Shown: in pieces, positions 46,294-55,641 of the stretch | How the letters are laid out: each line of letters opens with the position of its first letter | How positions within the stretch are numbered: the stretch's first letter is position 1 | Assembly (NCBI GenBank): GCA_033581555.1 | Contig: JAVQSZ010000002.1 | Coordinates: 128,001-192,000 of the forward strand | Source: Nitrososphaerota archaeon | GTDB taxonomy: Archaea; Thermoproteota; Nitrososphaeria_A; Caldarchaeales; Calditenuaceae | Direction of reading: 5' to 3' | Length of the DNA: 64,000 nucleotides | The notes under the pieces: generated by a model | What the model saw: only the letters and a program-made list of their open reading frames with translations | Told to the model about the DNA's origin: nothing | Databases searched by the model: none | Program-made: the position numbers and the translations under genes

Positions 46294-46554
46294 ATGGCGT
46301 CGGGGGAGAGGAAGTTAACGAGGCGCGGCCAATTGGTCGAGTCGCCCGAGGGCGAGCTCATGCTCGTGAACGAGAGCGGCGTCGCGTATCTAGTCAACGA
46401 GTCGGTGGTCGCGGTCTGGAGCTTCTTCGAGGACAAGACCGTCGAGGAGGTCGTGCTGGAGCTCTCCCAAGAGCTTGCGATAGAGCCCTCGGAGATCAGG
46501 GATGCGATCAGGAACTTAGCGGACCAGCTGATCGAGGCTGAGCTCCTCGGGTGA
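46294..46554 (+). CDS. PqqD-family (RRE-like) protein
   Basis: Three short strands then Y.VNES...VW.....TVEE....L.......I..DA...L..L....LL. Confidence 0.7.
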   Translation: MASGERKLTRRGQLVESPEGELMLVNESGVAYLVNESVVAVWSFFEDKTVEEVVLELSQELAIEPSEIRDAIRNLADQLIEAELLG

Positions 46555-46604
46555 GGGGCCGCATCGGTTCACCGATCGCCCGAACCGTTTTTGTTCCGCA
46601 GATG

Positions 46605-47822
46605 TCAGCGGAGGGTATGCACCACGATCAGCGTTGTCAGCGCCGCGCTGAGGTAAAGGGCACCCGTCGCCAAAACCAGTCCTGGCAGCGGGGGAGTGCC
46701 GAGCGCGAACCACGCCGACCTCAAGAGGTTGCCGGCGTTGAGAAGCGCGACCGGATAAAGGCTCAGGCCGCGGTAGGGCGTCTTAGCGGACAGGAGTCCT
46801 GGCAATAAGAGGGGAGCGTAGGCGATTATCGCGTGCCCTGCGAACCCGATGCCCAACGCGTGTATGAAGACGTCCCTCACCCCGAAAGCGAGTGGGGCAC
46901 GGATCGCGGTGAGCAGGGATGCCGATATACCCGCTAGACCGCCGACAAGCAGCCAGACGCAGGCGATGACGTACGCCGCTGAGAAGTACAGATACCTGAC
47001 CCTGTCCCTCTCGATCATCCTGTGGAACTGCTCGCCCCCTTTCACGCGTTTGAAACCGTCGACCGAAAGGATCCACAACAGTGAGGTCGCCGCGTAGACC
47101 ACGGAGGAGAGCAGGTCGAGGTTTCGGTCATCGAGAGCGAACGCTGCGATTGCCACCGACGCCGAGAGGGCTAGGAGGGGGAACAAGGCCTTCCATAGCC
47201 GCCTCCGAACCGCGAGCTCTATCCTGAAGTGGATGGTCTTGATCCCTATGCCGAAGATCATGCCTCCCGCCACGTCGTATAGGACGAGTTGCAGCATCCC
47301 GGCCCTTGAGTAGGGGTTGTGGCCCCAAGACTCCGCGACCGCCGTCAGAAGTACAATCACGGGTATCAAAACCGCTGACAACGAGATCACTGGGTCCGCC
47401 GCGCCGAGCGGCCCGAGCGGCCTACGGAGCGTCTTCACGACGTAATATGCGAAAATCGACGAACTGGATGAGCTCAACAGATGACCTAAAACCCAGCCTG
47501 CAGAGTTTGGGGGCCAGAACGCTCCCAGCAGGACCCCAATCTGATGTGCTGCGAGCGTCGTCGCCTTGAGGCGCTTTCCGGTTGAGACGTCGACGTTCCT
47601 GAACCTCGGGACCAGCACCAGAGCTACCGACTGGATGAACCCGTAGACGAACCCGAACGTCATGAGTTTGGGATGAGGGTAGAGCAGTAGGGATGCCGTA
47701 CCTGGGACCACCATGGAGATCATCCAGAACACTCCGAGGAACGTCCCGACCATACCGGTGATCGAGGCGAGGGCTATGCCGGGGACGGCTATCAACCTGG
47801 CGGCCCTCTGCCTGTCAAGCAT
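46605..47822 (-). CDS. Multi-pass membrane protein, NnrS-like
   Basis: About 12 TM helices with intramembrane His (H..LM.FGF, H.L.IGF). Confidence 0.6.
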   Translation of the reverse strand: MLDRQRAARLIAVPGIALASITGMVGTFLGVFWMISMVVPGTASLLLYPHPKLMTFGFVYGFIQSVALVLVPRFRNVDVSTGKRLKATTLAAHQIGVLLGAFWPPNSAGWVLGHLLSSSSSSIFAYYVVKTLRRPLGPLGAADPVISLSAVLIPVIVLLTAVAESWGHNPYSRAGMLQLVLYDVAGGMIFGIGIKTIHFRIELAVRRRLWKALFPLLALSASVAIAAFALDDRNLDLLSSVVYAATSLLWILSVDGFKRVKGGEQFHRMIERDRVRYLYFSAAYVIACVWLLVGGLAGISASLLTAIRAPLAFGVRDVFIHALGIGFAGHAIIAYAPLLLPGLLSAKTPYRGLSLYPVALLNAGNLLRSAWFALGTPPLPGLVLATGALYLSAALTTLIVVHTLR

Positions 47823-47910
47823 CCACCGATTCGCAGGTCAATCTATGTAAAAGCTATTATCAAACCAGCCGCTCAGCTAACCGGTTCAATTAGGGGGCTT
47901 GGGAGGTCCC

Positions 47911-49059
47911 TCACTCGAGGACGGCGAGCCCCTTGAGCACCAGATAGACGGCGGCGTGGGCCGGCAGCTCGGTCACTACCGGTCCGTGGACCTCCTGGAA
48001 TTCCAGACCTCCTAGCCTGAACCCCGGAGAGTACAGCACCTTCACCCTCATCGGTCTGCCCCTGATCGCGACGGCCTCATCGAACGGGTCGAAGTCGTGC
48101 AGCCTCTCGAGCGGGACCCTCCTCACCGCCAAGCCCGTCTTGCCGTTGAGCGACTCCGAGAGCCTCACGAGCCTGTGGACGTCGGCGGTCACGACCGGAT
48201 CGATCTTCACCGACTCCTCACGGACGACCTCATCGAGCAGCCTCCTGACCTCCGAGGGCCTCATCCGTGCCAACGCCGACCCCACGTCCTCGTCCGTTCC
48301 GGTCGAAAGCCTCGCGTAAATCCTCCTCCAGATCCTCCCCCGCCACCCGTAGGCATCGAGCTCCGGTTCGCCGGCCGTTGCCCGACGGGGCCTCCCCCTT
48401 ACGGACCCGAACCCCATCGCCTCTGGGGCCAACCCCTCCGCGGTCAGGTACTGGACTATCTCTCGCCTGCCCTGCTGGTCGAGGTCCCTCAGTTCTGAGG
48501 AGTCGACGACCACGTGGAACCCTCGGTTGCCGGAGAAGTTCACCTCGACGTCTTCCTCCCTGACGCCGAACTCGCCCAACAGCAATTCAACCAGCTTGAT
48601 CAGCTCCCTCCGGGCCCCCTCGAGGCAACGCTCGCAGACCCAGTCGACCTCGACGGTCTTCGCGCCGCACCCGCACGACTCGCCCTCCACGAGGCCGTGC
48701 TCCGTGCAGACCCGGAATACGTGATGTCCCCCGCACGGCGGGTCGGCGTGGTCAGCGTCGATGTCGAAGACGAGGTCCGCTCCAAGCCATCCCTTCTCCT
48801 CCATGGGAGCGGAGGGATAGGTGAAGTACGCGGAGGACCTGTATGCGTGAAGCGGGGCCACCCTCGCGAGCGTCACCAGGAGGTCATCGATGGACCTGAA
48901 GGCCAAGTGGCGAACCATCGTCGGCTTCGAGAACTCCCAGTACCCGAACTCTCTCTGCTCGAGACTCGTGACCCTAATCGGGGGACGAGATCGATAATAC
49001 TGCGAGAAGAGACTCCTGATCACCTCTAAGCGCTTAGCCTCGCTCTTGGTCGCCTCCAC
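47911..49059 (-). CDS. priS: DNA primase small (catalytic) subunit
   Basis: REFG, Y.S.AY, DLVFDIDAD, FSGNRG.H, ID..VT.D.HRL.R...SL.GKTG. Confidence 0.93.
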   Translation of the reverse strand: MEATKSEAKRLEVIRSLFSQYYRSRPPIRVTSLEQREFGYWEFSKPTMVRHLAFRSIDDLLVTLARVAPLHAYRSSAYFTYPSAPMEEKGWLGADLVFDIDADHADPPCGGHHVFRVCTEHGLVEGESCGCGAKTVEVDWVCERCLEGARRELIKLVELLLGEFGVREEDVEVNFSGNRGFHVVVDSSELRDLDQQGRREIVQYLTAEGLAPEAMGFGSVRGRPRRATAGEPELDAYGWRGRIWRRIYARLSTGTDEDVGSALARMRPSEVRRLLDEVVREESVKIDPVVTADVHRLVRLSESLNGKTGLAVRRVPLERLHDFDPFDEAVAIRGRPMRVKVLYSPGFRLGGLEFQEVHGPVVTELPAHAAVYLVLKGLAVLE

Positions 49060-49127
49060 CGCTGCTCCACTTACCAGCTCAGATAAAACCGGATGCTGGT
49101 CCTCGGCGCTGCAAGAGCGTGCTCGGA

Positions 49128-49931
49128 TTACTGCGGCGCCACCAGCGTCCCCTTCGGCTCCTCCAGGACCTTCAGTGGGTCCTCCACGAGCCCGTTGGAG
49201 ATGATGGCCAACTTCACGCCGAACGAGACGGCCTCACCGGCCAGCATCAGCTTCCTGTTCATTCCGGGACCGATCCGCTGCGACAGGTCGAACGCCTCTT
49301 GAGGCGTCAGCCTCCCCACGACTTCCCCGTCCACGAGGACCCCGTCGACGTCGCTGAGCAGCACTAGGGCGTCGGCCGAGATCGCCTTCGCGATGGAGGT
49401 CGCTGCCTGGTCTCCGTCGACGTTCAGGAGCTCTCCCTCCTCGCTGACCGCGATGGGCGCGACGACGACCGTGAACCCGCTCGAGGTCAGGAGCTCCAGG
49501 AGTTGGGGCGAGACGGAGGTGATCATCCCGGTGTACCCGCCCTCGATGACGCGCTTCCTCCCCCGGTCGTCGACCACGACTATCCTCTTCTTCCTCTCCG
49601 CCGTGAGCAGGCCGCCGTCGGCACCCGAGATCCCGACCGCCTTCACGCCGAGCTTCCTGAGGGCCGCGACGATCTCCTTGTTCAGCTTCCCTGCCATCAC
49701 CATGACGTAGACCTCGAGCTCCTGGAGGTCCGTGTACCTGCTCCTAATGCCCTGCGGCGATGTCACGAACTTCGGCTCGATCCCCATGCGCCTGGAGTAC
49801 TCGCTGACGACGTCACCCCCTCCGTGGACGAAGACGATCCTGTGGGAGCTGGAGCGCCTCGCGATGCTCTCCGCGATCCCCGTGAGGTTCCCGAGGAGCG
49901 CCCTGCCCCCTGCTTTCACGACGACCCTCAC
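49128..49931 (-). CDS. lysZ: [LysW]-aminoadipate/glutamate kinase
   Basis: K.GG, VHGGG, SP.G..SRYTD, GGYTG, LNVDGD. Confidence 0.85.
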   Translation of the reverse strand: MRVVVKAGGRALLGNLTGIAESIARRSSSHRIVFVHGGGDVVSEYSRRMGIEPKFVTSPQGIRSRYTDLQELEVYVMVMAGKLNKEIVAALRKLGVKAVGISGADGGLLTAERKKRIVVVDDRGRKRVIEGGYTGMITSVSPQLLELLTSSGFTVVVAPIAVSEEGELLNVDGDQAATSIAKAISADALVLLSDVDGVLVDGEVVGRLTPQEAFDLSQRIGPGMNRKLMLAGEAVSFGVKLAIISNGLVEDPLKVLEEPKGTLVAPQ

Positions 49932-51073
49932 GCCCGAGTCGCCTCGCCGCTGTCCGGGAGGACCAGGTCTTTGCCCGTCCTCAGCACCGGGGGTATCACG
50001 CCAGCCCTGACCGCGTGGTCAGCCAGCACCATCGCCACGACCGACTCGACGACCGGGACGGCCCTAGGCCCTATCACCGGGTCGTGCCTACCAGTCACCA
50101 CGACCTCCTCCTCGGACATCGTGCGGACGTTCAGGGTCCGTTGTGGGAGCGCGATAGAGGCTGGAGGCTTGAAGGCGACCCTCACCACGATCTCCCTCCC
50201 TGTCGAGAGCCCCCCGACGATCCCGCCGGCGTTGTTGGTCACCGGGACAACCCTTCCGTCGACGAGCCCAAGCGGGTCGTTGTTCAGGGAGCCCCGCGAG
50301 TTCACCACCCCAAAGCCCGCCCCGAACTCGATGCCCTTGACCGCAGGGATCGAGAGGAGGGCCCTCGCCAAGTCCGAGTCCAAGGAGGAGAAGACCGGCT
50401 CGCCGAGGCCCGGGGGGACGTTGAGAACCAGGCACTCGACGAGGCTGCCGACGCTGTCGCCGGACCCCCTCGCCTCCAGCACGACCTGCCTCATCCTCTC
50501 CGCCGCCTCCTCGTCGGGGCACCTAAGGTCGTTCGAGTACCGCTTGGCCCTTATCGCGTCCACGGGGAGCTCCCTCGCCTCTACGCCGTCGATCCTCTTC
50601 ACGTAGGCGAGCACCTCGGTCCCTAGGGTCACCCTTAGAAGCTTAATCGCCACCGCGCCTGCCATCACGAACCCGGTGGTTATCCTCCCGGAAAACCTCC
50701 CGCCTCCGCGCCAGTCATTGAACCCGCCGTACTTGACCCTCGCGAAGTAATCGGCGTGTCCTGGCCTCGGCGTCTCGAGCAGCCTCTTGTAGCTCCTAGA
50801 GTCGACGTCCTTGTTCCAGACCACCATCGCGATCGGCGCCCCGGTCGTGAAACCGTTGAAGACGCCGCTGAGGATCTCGACCCTGTCCTCCTCTCTCCTC
50901 TGGCTCGCGACCAGCGACTGGCCTGGCCTCCTCAGGTCTAGCAGAGGCTGAACGTCCTCCTCTGAGAGCGGTAGGCCTGCGGGGCAGCCGTCGATCACGA
51001 CGCCGACGCACCTCCCGTGGCTCTCGCCGAAGCTCGTCACGACGAATCTCTCGCCGATCGAGTTACCTGCCAA
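49928..51073 (-). CDS. aroC: Chorismate synthase
   Basis: FGESHG, RRPGQS, PRPGHAD, GGGR.S.R, NNAGG..GG, GRHDP. Confidence 0.96.
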   Translation of the reverse strand: MAGNSIGERFVVTSFGESHGRCVGVVIDGCPAGLPLSEEDVQPLLDLRRPGQSLVASQRREEDRVEILSGVFNGFTTGAPIAMVVWNKDVDSRSYKRLLETPRPGHADYFARVKYGGFNDWRGGGRFSGRITTGFVMAGAVAIKLLRVTLGTEVLAYVKRIDGVEARELPVDAIRAKRYSNDLRCPDEEAAERMRQVVLEARGSGDSVGSLVECLVLNVPPGLGEPVFSSLDSDLARALLSIPAVKGIEFGAGFGVVNSRGSLNNDPLGLVDGRVVPVTNNAGGIVGGLSTGREIVVRVAFKPPASIALPQRTLNVRTMSEEEVVVTGRHDPVIGPRAVPVVESVVAMVLADHAVRAGVIPPVLRTGKDLVLPDSGEATRA

Positions 51074-52343
51074 CCTGCACGACCTCCAGCCCTACGCTCG
51101 AGACGTCCCTCAAGAAGTCTGGGTAAGAGACGTCGACCGAGCCGATCCCGAGCGTCTTCACCCTCCCGTGCGTCGCAGCGGAGAGGACCGCGAAGGCCAT
51201 GAAGAGCCTGTGGTCGTCGCGCGGGTCCAAGACGACCTCGTTCACGGTCCCAGGTGAGACCGAGAGCCCGTCTTCGAACTCCTCGACGATCGCGCCCGCC
51301 TTTGCCAGCTCGGACGCGAGGACCGAGACCCTGTCGCTCTCCTTGAACCTCGCGTGCCTCACCCCCCTCACTATGGTCTTCCCGTCGGCGAAGAAGCCCA
51401 GGACCGCGACGACCGGGAGCAGGTCCGGTGAGTCCCTTAGGTCGACCTCGACCCCCTCGAGGGCCGAGCCGCGAGTCTCGACGTATTCCTCGCCCCGCCT
51501 GACGCTCGCGCCCATCGCCTCCAGTATCTCGAGGATTGCGGAGTCGGCTTGGGGGAGAGCGGGGTCCAGCCCCGCGACGCGGACGTATCCTCCGAGGAGG
51601 ACCGGAATGACCAGTAAGAACGCCGCGAGGCCGTAATCGCCGGGGACCGTGAACCTCCCACGCTTGAGCGCGCGACCTCCGACCACCAGCCGCTTACCGT
51701 CGAACTCTGCCCTTCCCCCGAAGGCCCTGACGGTCTCCAACGTCGCCGCGACGTAGGGCCCCGAGACCAGCTCCCCGACGACCTCAACCTCGGTCACCTC
51801 CTCGCACGCGGAGCCCGCGATAGCCAGCGCGGAGAGGAATTGGCTGCTGACGTCGCCTCTGATGCTGCACCGGCCTCCCAACGAGCCCTTTCCCTTCACG
51901 ACGACCGGAGCGTAACCGTTCCCCCTCGTCGACCAGGCCTCGACGCCGAGCTGGCCCAAAGCGTCCAGGAGCGGCTGCATCGGCCTCCTCCTCAAGCTCG
52001 CGTCTCCGGTGAGGACCGTGTGACCTCTGCTGACGAGAGCCGCGACGCCGGTCGCGATTCTGAGCGTCGTGCCGGAGTTCATCGCGTCGATCACGTCCTC
52101 AGGGACCTCGGGCCAGCCTCCCTCGATCACCGCCGCCTCACCCATGAGCTCGACGTCGGCGCCGAACGCCCTCACAGCGCCGATGGTCGCCCTCGTGTCC
52201 CTTGAGACCAACGGGTTGTAGACGACGCTCTCGCCCTGGGCCAGCGAGGCCATGAAGACCGCCCTGTGAGTGTAGCTCTTCGAAGGAGGGGCCTTGACCT
52301 CTCCGCCGATGCTTTCTCTCGGCCTCAATGCGACCGCTCCCAT
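51063..52343 (-). CDS. aroA: EPSP synthase
   Basis: PPSKS.THR, NSGTT.R, RRPM, SSQF.S, PGD, R.KESDR, DHR. Confidence 0.95.
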   Translation of the reverse strand: MGAVALRPRESIGGEVKAPPSKSYTHRAVFMASLAQGESVVYNPLVSRDTRATIGAVRAFGADVELMGEAAVIEGGWPEVPEDVIDAMNSGTTLRIATGVAALVSRGHTVLTGDASLRRRPMQPLLDALGQLGVEAWSTRGNGYAPVVVKGKGSLGGRCSIRGDVSSQFLSALAIAGSACEEVTEVEVVGELVSGPYVAATLETVRAFGGRAEFDGKRLVVGGRALKRGRFTVPGDYGLAAFLLVIPVLLGGYVRVAGLDPALPQADSAILEILEAMGASVRRGEEYVETRGSALEGVEVDLRDSPDLLPVVAVLGFFADGKTIVRGVRHARFKESDRVSVLASELAKAGAIVEEFEDGLSVSPGTVNEVVLDPRDDHRLFMAFAVLSAATHGRVKTLGIGSVDVSYPDFLRDVSSVGLEVVQVGR

Positions 52344-53179
52344 CCAACCGACCTCCGCAGCGCGAACCTCCCGATCGCTTCCATCCATTTGTACCCGACC
52401 TCGGCCCCGGTCCAGAGCCTGAACGACGCGGCCGCTTGCCTCGCGAGGACCTCCACGCCGTCGACCAGCTCGAGCCCCCTCGCCGAAGCGAGCCGAGACA
52501 TCGGCGAACCCCTCGGCCCGTAGACGAGGTCGACGAGCAGCGCGCCGTCCTTGAGGTCCTCAGGCCCGATCGGGAGCTCAGCGCCCTCCACGAGCCCGAC
52601 GGGTATCGTGTTGACCACGACTTGTGACCCCTTCGCGGCCTCCTTTGCCTTCTCGAGGGGTACCGCCGCGAGCCTCGACTCTCCTAACGTCCTGAACCTC
52701 TCGACCAGCTCCTGGGCCTTGGCGAGCGTCCTGTTGGCGATCGAGACGGATCCGGCCCCGAGCGCGATCAGAGCCGCGACCGCCGCCCTCGCGGACCCCC
52801 CTGCCCCAATGACGAGGGCGTCGAACCCGCTCCCGATCGAACGCTCAGCAACGGCCTCCCTGATCGCGACGTAGTCGGTGTTGTGTCCTTCCCACCCGTC
52901 GTCCGACCTCTTGAGCGCGTTCACGGCCCCGATCAGCGCAGAGTCCTCGGACAGACTGACAGCGTGCTTCGCCGCCTCCTCTTTGTACGGGATCGTCACG
53001 TTCAGTCCAGCGAACCCGAGTTCGTGAAGGGCCCTCATCACAGAGCCGACCGCGCCCGATGACCTGACGTGAACGGTCACGTAACTCAGGTCGAGCCCGA
53101 GCCTCCTCGCGGTTAACGTGTGGATCAGGGGCGACACCGAGTGCGAGATCGGGTCACCGATCAGCCCGAGCAGGGGCAA
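52325..53179 (-). CDS. aroE: Shikimate dehydrogenase
   Basis: G.PI.HS.SP..H, NVT.PYK, GAVN, NTD, GAGG.ARA. Confidence 0.93.
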   Translation of the reverse strand: MPLLGLIGDPISHSVSPLIHTLTARRLGLDLSYVTVHVRSSGAVGSVMRALHELGFAGLNVTIPYKEEAAKHAVSLSEDSALIGAVNALKRSDDGWEGHNTDYVAIREAVAERSIGSGFDALVIGAGGSARAAVAALIALGAGSVSIANRTLAKAQELVERFRTLGESRLAAVPLEKAKEAAKGSQVVVNTIPVGLVEGAELPIGPEDLKDGALLVDLVYGPRGSPMSRLASARGLELVDGVEVLARQAAASFRLWTGAEVGYKWMEAIGRFALRRSVGWERSH

Positions 53180-53876
53180 GTGCCACCACCCGATTAAGGA
53201 GCTCCGCCAAGAGCTTCGTCTCAGGGACGCTCAGCTGTCCAGGTGCGACCTCTTTCCCCTTCAGCGCTGCGTAGGTGAAGGGCGCGCCGAGGACCAGCGA
53301 GAGCGGCCTCGTCAGGCTCCATCTCTCGCCGACCGAGAACGAGACGAGCCCTCCCCTCGACCACTCGACCTCCCGGTAAAGGGCGAGCGTCGAGGCGGCT
53401 CCCGCAGCGGTGACCGGCGAAGTGACCAGCTTCACTAGATCGCCGTGGGACCTCAGGGCCTCCGCGAGCTTGACGAGCTCCGCGACGCTAGGGTCTCCGG
53501 GCCCGAGGTGGACAGACGCGATCACCCTTTCCGCCCCGAGCTCAGAGGCGAGCGACCTAACCTCGCGGATCATGAGGGAAGTCCTGTCGAGGTCCACGAG
53601 GTCAGCGTGCTCGGAGACAGCCCTCAAGACCTCGACGAGCGGCTTTGGTCCCCCGCTATAGCGACCGCCCTCCTCCCTCGACCTGACGGTAGCGATCACC
53701 GTCGCGCCCAGGTCCTTCGCGCCATCCACGACGGACGCGGCGAGGTTTAGCTCAGCGAGCGCGTCGAGCCTGAGCTCGATCAGGTCGGCGCCCTCCTCCA
53801 GCGCTCTACTCGTCAAGGCCTTGAAGCCCTCAGCGGTCTCAGACATGAGGCTCGCGCAGACCTTGAAGGCCCCCAA
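53154..53876 (-). CDS. aroD: 3-dehydroquinate dehydratase type I
   Basis: E.RLD, T.R...EGG, S.H, K, APGQ; operon context. Confidence 0.88.
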   Translation of the reverse strand: MGAFKVCASLMSETAEGFKALTSRALEEGADLIELRLDALAELNLAASVVDGAKDLGATVIATVRSREEGGRYSGGPKPLVEVLRAVSEHADLVDLDRTSLMIREVRSLASELGAERVIASVHLGPGDPSVAELVKLAEALRSHGDLVKLVTSPVTAAGAASTLALYREVEWSRGGLVSFSVGERWSLTRPLSLVLGAPFTYAALKGKEVAPGQLSVPETKLLAELLNRVVALAPARADR

Positions 53877-53878
53877 GC

Positions 53879-54868
53879 TCAGACCTCCTCGATGAACTCG
53901 TCGACCGCGGTGCCCATGTGTCGGGCGGCAGCGCCCGACGTCCAGACGAGCACCCTGTCGCCCTCAGAGATCGAGGTCACGTCGAGTAGTTCGCCGTCCG
54001 GAGAGACGAGCCTTATGGTCTCCGCGGCCTGGAGCGCCACAGAGCCCGTCATCCCGTCGACCTCGGCGACGACGTTCGCGAGCGGCCTCCTCTCGACCTT
54101 CACCCTACCCACCGAGACCACCCTGCACCTTCCGTCCCTCGAGACCGCGAGGACCCTGCTCCCTGACCTCAGCTCCGAGAGGTAGTTCGTCCTCCCGCCG
54201 GGAGCCAGGACGTAGCAGTGGACTGAGCCCGCGTTGACCCTGAAGGGCCTCGGCGGGGTCAGCCTGCTCCCGACCGACTCGCTGTGAACGAGGAAGAGCA
54301 TCCTGGACATGTTCCCCACGAGCATCCCCTCGCCGACCCTGAGGATCGAGGTCGTGTCGACGCATGCCCTCTCGCCGAGCCCAAGCCCGACGACCTCCCT
54401 AACCTCTGCCTCCCTCAGCTCGAGCCTCTGAGGGGTGGAGAGCAGGTCCCTGATCACCTTCAGCTCCCCGAGCAGCTCCCTCCCGACCACGAGGCCGTCC
54501 ACGCCCGACTCTAGGGCTCCAGCGACCAGCTCGACCTCTTGGAGCGACCTCACCCTCGCGAGGACCTTCACCCCGGAGCCCTGAAGGGCCGCGATGACGT
54601 TCTCCAGCGCGATCACCTTGAGGTCCTCGGGCTCGACGAGGACGGCCTGAACGCCAGAGCTCGCCATCGACCTCAGCGCCTCCACGTCCGACTGGTCCCT
54701 GACCTTGGCGATCCTGAGGTTCCTCTCGAAGACGTACGATCTCGCCGCCAGATCCGGTGACTCCGCGGCAGGTACGAGGACCGCGTCGGCGCCCAGCTCC
54801 AGCGCCTCCCTCGCCTCGAGCTCGGACCCGGCCTCGACAACCAGCTCCTTGTGCCTACCCCTGGACAA
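53879..54868 (-). CDS. 3-dehydroquinate synthase II (AroB')
   Basis: I.LEN.IA, R.CVDT, GEG.LVG, RPFRVNAG.VH.Y, YL.EL, GR.K.E.RP, ARH.G. Confidence 0.92.
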   Translation of the reverse strand: MSRGRHKELVVEAGSELEAREALELGADAVLVPAAESPDLAARSYVFERNLRIAKVRDQSDVEALRSMASSGVQAVLVEPEDLKVIALENVIAALQGSGVKVLARVRSLQEVELVAGALESGVDGLVVGRELLGELKVIRDLLSTPQRLELREAEVREVVGLGLGERACVDTTSILRVGEGMLVGNMSRMLFLVHSESVGSRLTPPRPFRVNAGSVHCYVLAPGGRTNYLSELRSGSRVLAVSRDGRCRVVSVGRVKVERRPLANVVAEVDGMTGSVALQAAETIRLVSPDGELLDVTSISEGDRVLVWTSGAAARHMGTAVDEFIEEV

Positions 54869-55640
54869 CCCTTAGAGCCTCCTCAACGGTCCTGCCCTCG
54901 ATCACGATCCTCCTCAGAGCCGCGACGATCGATCGAGGCCTGTCGTGCATGAAGACGTTCCTTCCGATCGTGACCCCCATCGCGCCCGCCTTCATCGCGC
55001 CGTAGGCCATCTCCAGGACATCGACGTCGCTCTCGGACTTCGGGCCGCCCGCCATCACCACGGGCGCTGGGCAGGACTCGACCACAGCCCTGAAGGTCTC
55101 CGGTGAGCCAGTGTAAGGCACCTTCACGACGTCAGCGCCAAGCTCTGCGCCGACCCTCGCGACGTGGGCGATCACCTTCGGGTCGCTCGGGTCCTTGACG
55201 TTCTCGCCCCTCGGATACATCATCGCGATCAGGGGCATCCCGTAGTCGTCGCACGCGTCCGCGACCCTCCCGAGCTTCTCGAGCATCTGGGGCTCTGCCC
55301 TGCTGCCGATGTTTACATGGACCGAGACCGCGTCTGCTCCGAGCCTGATCGCGTTCACGACCTCGCCCACGAGGACCTTCCAGTTCGGATCTGGACCTAA
55401 CGACGTGCTCCCCGAGAGGTGGACTATGTGACCTATCCTCGGGGGCCTCGGCATGTGCTTCAGGATCCCCTTGTGGGTCAGGACCGCGGTCCCGCCTCCC
55501 AGCTCGACTTCCTCGATCGTCCGGTAGATCCTGTCGAGACCTTTCACGGGTCCAGTTGAGACCGCGTGGTCCATCGGCACGCAGAGCATCCTCCCGGACT
55601 CGGTGATCCTCGAGAGCCTCACCTGCTTGCCTGAGACCAC
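54855..55640 (-). CDS. 2-amino-3,7-dideoxy-D-threo-hept-6-ulosonate synthase (AroA')
   Basis: PMDH, GADAVS.HVN.G, MMYPRG, ELGAD.VK..YTG, AGG.K, GRN.F; adjacent to AroB'. Confidence 0.92.
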   Translation of the reverse strand: MVSGKQVRLSRITESGRMLCVPMDHAVSTGPVKGLDRIYRTIEEVELGGGTAVLTHKGILKHMPRPPRIGHIVHLSGSTSLGPDPNWKVLVGEVVNAIRLGADAVSVHVNIGSRAEPQMLEKLGRVADACDDYGMPLIAMMYPRGENVKDPSDPKVIAHVARVGAELGADVVKVPYTGSPETFRAVVESCPAPVVMAGGPKSESDVDVLEMAYGAMKAGAMGVTIGRNVFMHDRPRSIVAALRRIVIEGRTVEEALRVVQG

Positions 55641-55641
55641 C

